A stretch of 60,839 nt of DNA from Thermoplasmata archaeon (GTDB lineage Archaea > Thermoplasmatota > Thermoplasmata > Lutacidiplasmatales > UBA184), in assembly GCA_022750375.1 (NCBI GenBank), contig JAKIVU010000007.1, forward strand, positions 1 to 60,839. The letters run 5' to 3'. This document shows positions 26,975-35,092 of the stretch, piece by piece; position 1 is the first letter of the stretch; the number at the start of each line of letters is the position of its first letter. A program made the translations under genes and the position numbers. The notes below the pieces were generated by a model. That model searched no databases. It was not told the DNA's origin and was given only the letters and a program-made list of their open reading frames with translations.

Positions 26975-28141
26975 TTGACCACACGAATCGCGGTCGTCCG
27001 CGGCGTCGAGCAGATCAACGGCGGCGAGTTGGGCATTTATTCCCGTCTGCGAAAATTCGGTTACGATGTCGAGCTCCTCTGCAACACCCGGAGCCGAATC
27101 ACCGAGGCCGAAGCAGGGATGCGGATTCGACGCCGCAGCACCCCCTTCGTCGCGAGCCGGATTACCCAGACCGTCCCCGGAGGATTCCTAGTCGGTCTGG
27201 TGTCTCCCTATCGGTACTACCACCAGTATCTGACGGGATTCTCGAAGGCGGTGCGAGACGACGATGTGCTGTGTCCCGTCGACCTCGGACACCCGACGAG
27301 CTATCAATCAATCCAGGAACGGAAGCTCGGCAAGAAAGTGGTCGTTCAGTGCTGGGAGAATATCCCGTTCAACTGGCCACACGACCGGCCGCTGCACGAG
27401 CACTTCGAGGCAGTCCTCGACGGCGCGGACCATTTCCTTGCATTTACCCAGGACGCCGAGCGCGCACTCTCCACCATGGGCGTTCGGTCGGAACGGCTCT
27501 CCCGACTCAACATCGGGCTCGACCTCGACCACTGGAAGCCCGGAACGGATCCGAAGCCCCCCGGCGAAAAGCTGCGGGTCCTCTTCGTGGGTCGGTTGCA
27601 TTGGAGCAAGGGCGTTCACACGGTGATCGAGGCGATCGATCAGGTACGGACCCCAGTCGAGCTCACGATCGTGGGAGCTGGACCGGAAGAGACCCGTCTG
27701 CGATGGTTGGTCGAGCAGCGTCGGAGGCGAGGTAATGCCACGGCCGCGACGGCCGTCCGGTTCGTGGGACCGAAGTTCGGGGATGAGTTGGTTCGACTTC
27801 GTCAAACGATGGACGTCCAAGTCGTCCCCTCGATCCCGACGCCCCAATGGCGCGAGCAGCTGAACCAGTCCATGTTGGAGGGGATGGCCTGTGGACTTCC
27901 TCCCGTCGCCTCTCAGAGCGGTGCCATCACGGAGGCGGTCACGGACGGAGAAAACGGGTGGCTCGTTCCCGCCGACCGCTCCGTGGACCTCGCCGCGACG
28001 CTCGAGCGAGTGGCTTCGGATCCGGACGAGCGGCTCCGGAGGGGCCGGGCCGCTCGAGGTCGGATCGAACGGGACTACGAGCTCGTGCGTCAAAGTCAAG
28101 CGCTGGCGGATGTGATGCGAACGAAGATCCGTCCGCCCTGA
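26975..28141 (+). CDS. Glycosyltransferase family 4
   Basis: FVGRLHWSKG; EX7E motif EQLNQSMLE; PVASQSG; NGWLV. Confidence 0.92.
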   Translation: MTTRIAVVRGVEQINGGELGIYSRLRKFGYDVELLCNTRSRITEAEAGMRIRRRSTPFVASRITQTVPGGFLVGLVSPYRYYHQYLTGFSKAVRDDDVLCPVDLGHPTSYQSIQERKLGKKVVVQCWENIPFNWPHDRPLHEHFEAVLDGADHFLAFTQDAERALSTMGVRSERLSRLNIGLDLDHWKPGTDPKPPGEKLRVLFVGRLHWSKGVHTVIEAIDQVRTPVELTIVGAGPEETRLRWLVEQRRRRGNATAATAVRFVGPKFGDELVRLRQTMDVQVVPSIPTPQWREQLNQSMLEGMACGLPPVASQSGAITEAVTDGENGWLVPADRSVDLAATLERVASDPDERLRRGRAARGRIERDYELVRQSQALADVMRTKIRPP

Positions 28142-28156
28142 ATCGTCGCTCCTCGC

Positions 28157-29326
28157 CTAGCTGCGGACAGGACTCGCCAGCGCCGCGGCGTAGATCGAGA
28201 GCAATCGGTCCAGGTGTCGCTCGGGTGAAAACTCTTCCTGGACCCAGTTCCGTCCCGCGAGCGCGGTCGCCCGCGCCTCGGGGTAGTGGTCCATCAATTG
28301 GAGCAGAGCGGCGGCGAGCGCCGGCGGGTCACCGGGCGGGATGACGGTCCCGAACTTTCCCACGGTTTCCGGAAGTCCCCCCGAGTCGGTCACCACCACG
28401 GGGATCCCGTGAGCGAGCGCCTCGATCGGGGAGTTGCCCAGGTTCTCCCAGGGAAGCGAGGGGACCGCCAGGAGGTGGATCCGGTCGAACCAGCGGTGGC
28501 TGTCGGGGACCCATCCATCCACGAAGACCCCGTCGACGGCGGGGATAGGAACGGGGCCAGAGCCTGCGAATCGAAGCTGCGCATCCGGCCGGGACTTCCG
28601 CACCGTCGCGAACGCGTCCAGGAGGACCTCGACCCCCTTCTGTCGCTCAAATCGTCCCAAGAATCCGATCGTGAACGGTCCTGGCGGGGTCGGCGTGGGC
28701 TCGGCCGGTGCCGGGATCATCGGACGTAAAAGGTCGGTGGGGCGATACCCGAGGTTCTCGAAGATTCGTTGCGTCGCATGACTGACGCAGATGAACGATC
28801 GAACGCGTCCCTTCACGTGGGTATCGAAATAGTGCCGCTTCGCCAGGTTGAGCGGAAGTCCGATCCCGACCTCACAGCCGGTGAACTGGCAACGAGGCAG
28901 GATCCCTCCGGGGCAGGCGGTGCCGTCCGGCAGCGTGAGGGTGGCGACCGGGCAGACGAGCTCGGCGTCGTGCGCCGTGAAGACGATCGGCTCCGACCGT
29001 CCCCCGAGCCAAGGTCCGAGGGCCGAGAAGCCGGCGTGAAACCGATGGAGATGGATGATGTCCGGACGGACGTCCGCGGCGACCTGGTCCAGGAATCGGG
29101 TAAGGGGGCCTCCTTCCGCGAAACCCGAGAGGGCCTGTCGCGCGGGGGAACGGGGGACGAGATAGACCCGTACCGGCTCCAGCTTTTCGGGAACCGGGTC
29201 GGTCACGATGGCAGCCGTCACGTTGGTGTGGCCTCGTGCGTCGAGCGCCTGAGAGACGCGGCGGACGTAGACTTGAGCACCCCCACCCGCGGGGCCGTCC
29301 CATCCGTCCAGCCGCAGAATTTTCAT
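28157..29326 (-). CDS. Glycosyltransferase family 4 with a Cys-rich insert
   Basis: GGAQVY, H....C P, FLGRFERQKG, ENLGNSPIE, VVTDSGGLPE. Confidence 0.92.
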   Translation of the reverse strand: MKILRLDGWDGPAGGGAQVYVRRVSQALDARGHTNVTAAIVTDPVPEKLEPVRVYLVPRSPARQALSGFAEGGPLTRFLDQVAADVRPDIIHLHRFHAGFSALGPWLGGRSEPIVFTAHDAELVCPVATLTLPDGTACPGGILPRCQFTGCEVGIGLPLNLAKRHYFDTHVKGRVRSFICVSHATQRIFENLGYRPTDLLRPMIPAPAEPTPTPPGPFTIGFLGRFERQKGVEVLLDAFATVRKSRPDAQLRFAGSGPVPIPAVDGVFVDGWVPDSHRWFDRIHLLAVPSLPWENLGNSPIEALAHGIPVVVTDSGGLPETVGKFGTVIPPGDPPALAAALLQLMDHYPEARATALAGRNWVQEEFSPERHLDRLLSIYAAALASPVRS

Positions 29327-29571
29327 CGCCGCTCACTCCCGACCGTCGCGGGCAATCTCACAGAAGCGATTCAATCGGAGCGGAGTCACGAACTACCTGC
29401 GGCTAATGAGGGTGGGGCGTTGATAAGGGCTCGTCGACCGGTGAACGACCCGAACCCCCGGCGACAGCGCAACGGAACCGGGTCTCGGCGAACAACCGCC
29501 GCGCGACGAACGATTCATGCTCTGAGCCGGCCTATACCTTTTCGTTCGTGGGGTTCCGAGCGATGCTGTCG

Positions 29572-30294
29572 ATGTTTTGTGCATTATGCGCGGCACCCCT
29601 AGTTCCCGGTGCGCCGTTCTGTCCAAATTGTGGAAGATCTCAGCCCCTGCCCGGTCCCGACGTGAGGAGCGGTCCCCCACCGAATTGGGCGCCGATTCCG
29701 GGCTCCGGGAGCGCTGCGCCCGGCGCCTCGGAGTTGCCGTCGGCGTTGATCGCCATCCTTGTGGTGGTCATCGTCCTGTTCGCGGCGGTGTTCAGCTTCG
29801 TCGCATTCTTTGCGACCGTCGGCCCGGGCATCGGTCCCGGAGAGACCCCGCTCGGTGCAGTCTTTGCTCCGGGGGATCCGACCCTTAGCCGCTGCCCGGC
29901 CAACAGCAGTTTTGCGTCGGTCGGCTGTGGGGCGGATGACTATGGGTACAACGTGTTCATACTGAACGTCACGGGGGTTCAATTAAGTCAGGTCCAGTTC
30001 GAAGTTCTCATCGCGTCGGGGAACGTGGAGAACGGAACCGGTGGTCTCGGGTTTTCCGTGCTGAACGTCTCGGGAGAGATCGTCGCGCAGTTCGGGACTC
30101 AGGACGGGTTCATGTCGATGAGCTCGGGGTCCTGGAGCTATTCACCGGGGATCAACGCGGCGACTCCTCTCCTCAACTCCGATAGCATCGTCATCGACAT
30201 TGGCCCTCTCGATCCACTCGGGGATGGATACACCTTCGTGGCGATAGGTACCAACGGCATCACCGGAACGACCCACGAGCTGTCCCTCCCCTAG
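29572..30294 (+). CDS. Membrane-anchored protein: N-terminal double zinc ribbon, one TM helix, extracellular beta-rich (pilin/archaellin-like) domain
   Basis: FCALC..FCPNCG, Pro linker, hydrophobic ALIAILVVVIVLFAAVFSFV, then a Gly/Ser/Asn-rich beta domain. Confidence 0.75.
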   Translation: MFCALCAAPLVPGAPFCPNCGRSQPLPGPDVRSGPPPNWAPIPGSGSAAPGASELPSALIAILVVVIVLFAAVFSFVAFFATVGPGIGPGETPLGAVFAPGDPTLSRCPANSSFASVGCGADDYGYNVFILNVTGVQLSQVQFEVLIASGNVENGTGGLGFSVLNVSGEIVAQFGTQDGFMSMSSGSWSYSPGINAATPLLNSDSIVIDIGPLDPLGDGYTFVAIGTNGITGTTHELSLP

Positions 30295-30375
30295 TCCGGC
30301 GCTGCCGTGGAATCTCCCCGGCCGGACACGAAAGCCTATAGGTCGGGACCTGGAGTGTGTCGACGGGCGGGGCGC

Positions 30376-31527
30376 GTGAGGATCGTTCTTCCCGTCTTTC
30401 GGTACGTGCCCGCGCTCGGCGGCGCCACCCGATTGGTACAACTCATCGCCGAGGGGTCCGCGACCCGGGGGCATTCGGTCACGGTCGTCACCCAAGAGGA
30501 GCCGGGAGCCCCGCCGGAAGAAACGATTGCGGGAGTGCGCGTGCTCCGTCTGGGAATGCGACACATCGGAGGCATTCGCGTTCCGAAGGGGTATCTTCGC
30601 CTCCTGCGGTCTCTCGAGCCCGACGTCCTCGAGCTGAACGGCAACCGAATCTGGTGCTCGGACTTCTATTTCCCGTCGGCGCGGTCGTTCGAGTGGCCCC
30701 AGGTCATCCAGCCGATGGGGTTCTACCACTACTGGATGCGCCGCGGGTTGGTCCGGTGGCTGTACTACGACCAGTACCTCCCCGGTCGCCTCCGCGCGTT
30801 CGATGGCTATGTCGCCCTGACCGACGCCGAGCGCGACCAGGTGGTAGGGTGGCGGTACCCGTCGAACAAAGCCCACGTCATTCCCGTCGGGATCGACCTC
30901 GCAGAGTTCGCCCGACCGCCGGAGAGCTCCGCGGCGGTGCGGGCGTCCTGGGGGTTCTCCGTCCCGCACGTCGCGGTGTACACCGGGGGGCTGTACGACA
31001 ACAAGCGCGTGGATCGGCTCGTCCGGGCCCTCGCGGGAACCGGGGGAACTTGGGGACTGGTCGTCATCGGCTCGGACGTGCCCGGGACGGCGTACGACCG
31101 CGCGCACTGCGAACGTCTGGCGCGCGACCTATCGGTACCGGTTCGATTCGTGGGCGCGGTTCCGAGGGCAACGGTACTGGCCGCTCTGTTCGAGGCCGAC
31201 GCCTACGTTCAGGGAAGCGCGTTCGAGGGTTTCGGCATCGGCCTACTGGAGGCGATGGCCGCCGGTCTGCCGTTCGTCGCGTTCAACACGGGCGCGGCGG
31301 AAAGTCTGAGTCGCACGGGGGCCGGATTCTGCGTGCGATCCGAGGAGGAGATGGCCGCACGACTTCGCGACGTGGGGGAGCGCCACGCCGAGATGGCGCA
31401 GGCGGCACGAAGCGCCGTGGTCAACTGGTCGGCCGAGCGGATGGTCGACCGACACCTCGAACTCTTCCGGTCGATCCAGCGAAACCCGACCGGCGGCGGA
31501 GCCCTCGCCCCCCCGGCGGATGTCTAG
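30376..31527 (+). CDS. Glycosyltransferase family 4
   Basis: GG...H.VTV, IPVGID, GGLYDNKRVD, EGFGIGLLEAMAAG. Confidence 0.93.
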   Translation: MRIVLPVFRYVPALGGATRLVQLIAEGSATRGHSVTVVTQEEPGAPPEETIAGVRVLRLGMRHIGGIRVPKGYLRLLRSLEPDVLELNGNRIWCSDFYFPSARSFEWPQVIQPMGFYHYWMRRGLVRWLYYDQYLPGRLRAFDGYVALTDAERDQVVGWRYPSNKAHVIPVGIDLAEFARPPESSAAVRASWGFSVPHVAVYTGGLYDNKRVDRLVRALAGTGGTWGLVVIGSDVPGTAYDRAHCERLARDLSVPVRFVGAVPRATVLAALFEADAYVQGSAFEGFGIGLLEAMAAGLPFVAFNTGAAESLSRTGAGFCVRSEEEMAARLRDVGERHAEMAQAARSAVVNWSAERMVDRHLELFRSIQRNPTGGGALAPPADV

Positions 31528-32558
31528 CGCGTCGCGTGGATCATCCCGCAGACTTCGAAATCGAAGCCGCCCCAGTTGGGCTTGAATCGTCGGATATGCG
31601 AGAAGCCTAGATCGCGGAGCGCCTGGATCAGCTCCCCGACCGTCCGCCCCGGGCGGAAATCCGCGGCGTACTCGATGTGGACCGAAGGGAACTCGCTGAT
31701 CGCGGGTTGACGGACGAGTCCGAACTCCGCGCCCTTGCAGTCGACTTTGAGCAGATGCGGCGGCCCGTCGATCCGGTTCAGGATCGTACGCAAGCTGACC
31801 GAGGGGATGGAGACCGGCGTAGCCCCCCTGACGAAGATGCTCCCGCCGCCTCCTCGGCCGCTGCCGAACTGGACGGTCCCGTCCTCCCAGACGGCCTCGG
31901 CGTGCGTGAAGATCCGTGGGCGGAGGGTTGGATTCAACTCCACGTTCTGCTGGAGCAACCGCGCGTTCCCCGGCTCGGGCTCGTAGGAGTGAACGTTCGC
32001 TCCCAGGCTCGCGAAGTAGAGGGCGGTGTCTCCCACAAACGCCCCGGCATCGACGATGTTCTTCCCCTGGACGTCCGGCCCTGGGAAGTGCAGGTCGTAG
32101 AGGAACGTCTCCGCGAAGATGAGGGGGTGAAGTGAGTCGAGGGTGAATCGGATCTTTGAGGGCGTGTCGATGAGTCCCGGGGCCAGTGAAACGCCCCACT
32201 TGGTGGGGTCGTCTCCATTCAAGGGGCCGAGCGTCGCACCGTACGACGCGAGTTCGACCAGCTTCCGGATCGTCGTGTAGTTGACGCGGTCGACCGGGAG
32301 CGCGAACCCGCCGGGGAAGCGCAGCACCGACCGACCGCCGAGTCGGCGGACCTTCCAGAGGACCTGTGGGTTCTCGGCACCGGTCGCCTGTCCGTGGAGG
32401 TCATCGAATAGCCACGAGAGCCGGGTGCGAAGGGCGGGCTTGACGGTCACGCGCTGCTCCGCGGTGGGGCTCGCGGCGTTCGGGGTGCCCGTCCCCGAGT
32501 GACTCGCGAGCCCGGGAGCCGGCCCGGGAGGCGACGTGGCAGCCCCGGAGTCGCTCAT
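31524..32558 (-). CDS. FkbM-family methyltransferase
   Basis: IVDAGAFVGDTA, YEPEP, LLKVDC.GAE. The longer ORF-track call runs through the tRNA and is rejected. Confidence 0.88.
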   Translation of the reverse strand: MSDSGAATSPPGPAPGLASHSGTGTPNAASPTAEQRVTVKPALRTRLSWLFDDLHGQATGAENPQVLWKVRRLGGRSVLRFPGGFALPVDRVNYTTIRKLVELASYGATLGPLNGDDPTKWGVSLAPGLIDTPSKIRFTLDSLHPLIFAETFLYDLHFPGPDVQGKNIVDAGAFVGDTALYFASLGANVHSYEPEPGNARLLQQNVELNPTLRPRIFTHAEAVWEDGTVQFGSGRGGGGSIFVRGATPVSIPSVSLRTILNRIDGPPHLLKVDCKGAEFGLVRQPAISEFPSVHIEYAADFRPGRTVGELIQALRDLGFSHIRRFKPNWGGFDFEVCGMIHATR

Positions 32559-32615
32559 GCCCGGCCCCGCGAACGCTGCAGGCTCCCCTCGTGTGGAAGA
32601 AACGGTGGGGACCGA

Positions 32616-32724
32616 TGGGGCTGCCCGAATTTGAATCGGGGTCCCGAGCTCCCAAAGCTCGAAGGATGGACCAGTAGAGCGGACCGAGGTTTCTGCCTCG
32701 CGACCGTAGCTACCCCACAGCCCC
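32616..32724 (-). tRNA. tRNA-Pro(TGG) with a 34-nt D-loop intron (32674..32707)
   Basis: Reverse complement reads GGGGCTG-TG-GGGTAGCT|intron|TGGTCCATCCT-T-CGAGC-TTTGGGA-GCTCG-GGAC-CCCGA-TTCAAAT-TCGGG-CAGCCCC-A. Anticodon at 32652..32654; CCA not encoded. Confidence 0.93.
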
Positions 32725-32734
32725 ACATCGGGAT

Positions 32735-33163
32735 TCAGACCGCGTCGACCCGTTTGAGCGTTCGTCCGATCCGGCACTCGGCGGGATCTGGCTCGACCCG
32801 CTCGATGCGGAACCGTTGCTTTGCCGGAAGGTTCGGGCCGGCGCAGATCCACCAGTTCGGACAGTCGACCCGGCGGCACGGGTACCGACCACTCTCCACG
32901 GAACTTCCGACGACCGCGCTTCGCGCCTCCACGACCAGCGGGCGGGGGACCGCCCGCACCTCTACCACGTGGGCCTCCGATTCCTGGAGCGCGCACGGGT
33001 GGGTGACGGTCCGGACCTTCGTGATCGCATATTGTCGGCCCACGTCCAAGGTGAGGCACGCGTGGCGGTACGGGCAGGTGCGACAGACCGGTGCCCCACC
33101 TTGATAGATGAACTCGTACCCCTCGCGCGCCTCGCTGCTCGCGATGAGCGTGATGTCCGCCAT
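32735..33163 (-). CDS. UPF0179-family protein
   Basis: ITLI...A..G.EF, C..C.Y...C..L, HPC, C....C....C pattern; typical neighbour of egsA. Confidence 0.85.
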   Translation of the reverse strand: MADITLIASSEAREGYEFIYQGGAPVCRTCPYRHACLTLDVGRQYAITKVRTVTHPCALQESEAHVVEVRAVPRPLVVEARSAVVGSSVESGRYPCRRVDCPNWWICAGPNLPAKQRFRIERVEPDPAECRIGRTLKRVDAV

Positions 33164-33164
33164 C

Positions 33165-34274
33165 TTACCCGATCACTCCGGTGCGAGACGCCAGTCGTTC
33201 GGCCGCCTCGCGCGTCAATCCGTTGTCGCCCAAGATCGTGTAGCGTTCGGGGCGGAGCGTGTGGGCCAGCACGAGCGCCTTCACGACTTCCTCGGAGGTC
33301 ACGCCCAGCTCCTTCGCGCTCGTCGGCGCACCGATCGTGCGGAGCGCGCTCTGGACGCGTTGCCAATCCCCCCCGTGCAGGTACATCATCATCACGGCGC
33401 CGACCCCGCACTGCTCGCCGTGCAGGCTGGGGTGTGCGGCGACTCGGTCCAGGGCGTGGCTGAACAGGTGCTCGCTACCGGAGCAGGGCCGGGACGAGCC
33501 GGCGACGCTCATTGCGATCCCCGCGACGATCATCGGTCGTATGGCGATCCAAACCGACTCCTCGAGCCCGGGCTTGATCGAGCCGGCGTGGTCGATGATC
33601 TCCCGGGCCGCGTACTCGCTCAGCGTGGCGGCGGTGCTCGAGAACTCCTCGTTCTTCAGCCGAACGGCCAGGTGCCAATCCAGTACCGCCGTAACGTTGG
33701 ATATCACGTCGGCGCAACCGGACGCGAGCAGACGGAACGGCGCCTGAACGATGACCTCGGTATCGGCAATGATCCCGACCGGCACCGCTGCGTCGATGCT
33801 GGTCGTCCGGTCCGCACCGTGGAGGGACGCGCGCGGCGACGAGATCCCGTCGTGCGCTGCGGAGGTCGGGAGACTCACGAAGGGGATGTGGAGCCGGTGC
33901 GCGACGACCTTCGTGATGTCGATCTTGCTGCCGCCCCCCGCGGCGATGAGAAATCGCGCACTGATCGCGCGCACCTCCGACTCGACCCGGGCGACCTCGG
34001 CCTCGGTCGCCTCATGGGCGATGATCACGGGAGCGTCGAAGCCGGCCGACGTGAGGATGGACGATGCGCGATGGCCGGCGAGCTCGACGGTCTTCGGGCC
34101 AGTGATCACTGCCCCCGAGTCGAGGAAGTCGAACTGTCGGCAGGTCGTCCCGAGGTCGTTCAGGACCCCGTGACCGGCGAGGACCACCCGGGGGAAGACC
34201 ATCCCGCGGCTCTTCCCGAAGGGAGAATCGGAGGCGAGCATCGGGTTGCGGGACGACGGGTCGTGCGGGCCCAT
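33165..34274 (-). CDS. egsA: NAD(P)-dependent glycerol-1-phosphate dehydrogenase
   Basis: GGGSKID, PTSAAHDGISSP, ASGCADVISN, SRPCSGSEHLFSHALD, HGEQCG, RPERYTIL. Confidence 0.96.
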   Translation of the reverse strand: MGPHDPSSRNPMLASDSPFGKSRGMVFPRVVLAGHGVLNDLGTTCRQFDFLDSGAVITGPKTVELAGHRASSILTSAGFDAPVIIAHEATEAEVARVESEVRAISARFLIAAGGGSKIDITKVVAHRLHIPFVSLPTSAAHDGISSPRASLHGADRTTSIDAAVPVGIIADTEVIVQAPFRLLASGCADVISNVTAVLDWHLAVRLKNEEFSSTAATLSEYAAREIIDHAGSIKPGLEESVWIAIRPMIVAGIAMSVAGSSRPCSGSEHLFSHALDRVAAHPSLHGEQCGVGAVMMMYLHGGDWQRVQSALRTIGAPTSAKELGVTSEEVVKALVLAHTLRPERYTILGDNGLTREAAERLASRTGVIG

Positions 34275-34346
34275 GGCTCGGAAAGTCGGACGAGGGAGCC
34301 ACGCTCTTTAGGGTATCGCGGGCGGGAGTCCGCGCGGGCATAGACC

Positions 34347-34976
34347 TCACCGACCGGGAACGTCTCCCCAGAGGACCTTGTGCTCCTGGAGCATCACCCG
34401 CACGTCGAGGCGGTCGGCGAGGACCCAATCGCCGAGACGCCCCGCGTCGGTGCCCCACACGGGCTGAAAGACGACCGTGGCGGGGCCCGAGTACTTCCGG
34501 AGGATCCGCTTCGCGTAGAGGTAGTCGACGCGATCGGCGATCACGAATTTCATGACGTCCGTCTCCCGGAGGAGTGGCAGATTCGGCCAGTGGTTCCTGG
34601 CGTGCATTTTCGACGCGGGACATTTCACATCCACACTGAGAATCACTCGCGGAATCTCCAGATACGGTGAGACATCCAGGGAGCCCCCCGTCTCGATCAC
34701 GGTGGTGATTCCCCGCGCGGAGAGCTCCTGGACCAACCGAACCGAGTCCTGCTGGAGCAACGGCTCCCCGCCCGTGAGGCATACGTTCCGGGTACCATGC
34801 TTTCCCACCTCGCGGAGGAGCGAGGGGATCGATCGTTCCCGGCCGGGCCCGAACGTGTAGGTCGAGTCGCACCAGGTGCATCGGAGATTGCAGCGCGCAG
34901 TGCGAACGAAGGTCGTCCGCACTCCGGTCAGCGGGCCTTCGCCCTGGAGGGAGTGGAAGACCTCGATGATGCGCAT
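34347..34976 (-). CDS. queE: 7-carboxy-7-deazaguanine synthase (radical SAM; preQ0/archaeosine pathway)
   Basis: IEVFHSLQGEG, FVRTARCNLRCTWCDS, LTGGEPL, ETGG, DVKCP, QEHK. Confidence 0.92.
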   Translation of the reverse strand: MRIIEVFHSLQGEGPLTGVRTTFVRTARCNLRCTWCDSTYTFGPGRERSIPSLLREVGKHGTRNVCLTGGEPLLQQDSVRLVQELSARGITTVIETGGSLDVSPYLEIPRVILSVDVKCPASKMHARNHWPNLPLLRETDVMKFVIADRVDYLYAKRILRKYSGPATVVFQPVWGTDAGRLGDWVLADRLDVRVMLQEHKVLWGDVPGR

Positions 34977-35092
34977 CCGGCGCTCACCCGCTCCGGGACG
35001 TATAGGCGCTTCTCCCGGCCCGGCCGAGGCGACCCCGCGCCGCGCGACTGAAGCGCAATCGTTCAATAACCGGCGCCGCTCGAACTCGCTCG

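Noticed and set aside
32559-33059. FkbM ORF extension across tRNA-Pro and UPF0179
   Set aside because: It overlaps a clear tRNA and another gene; the ATG at 32558 is the plausible start.
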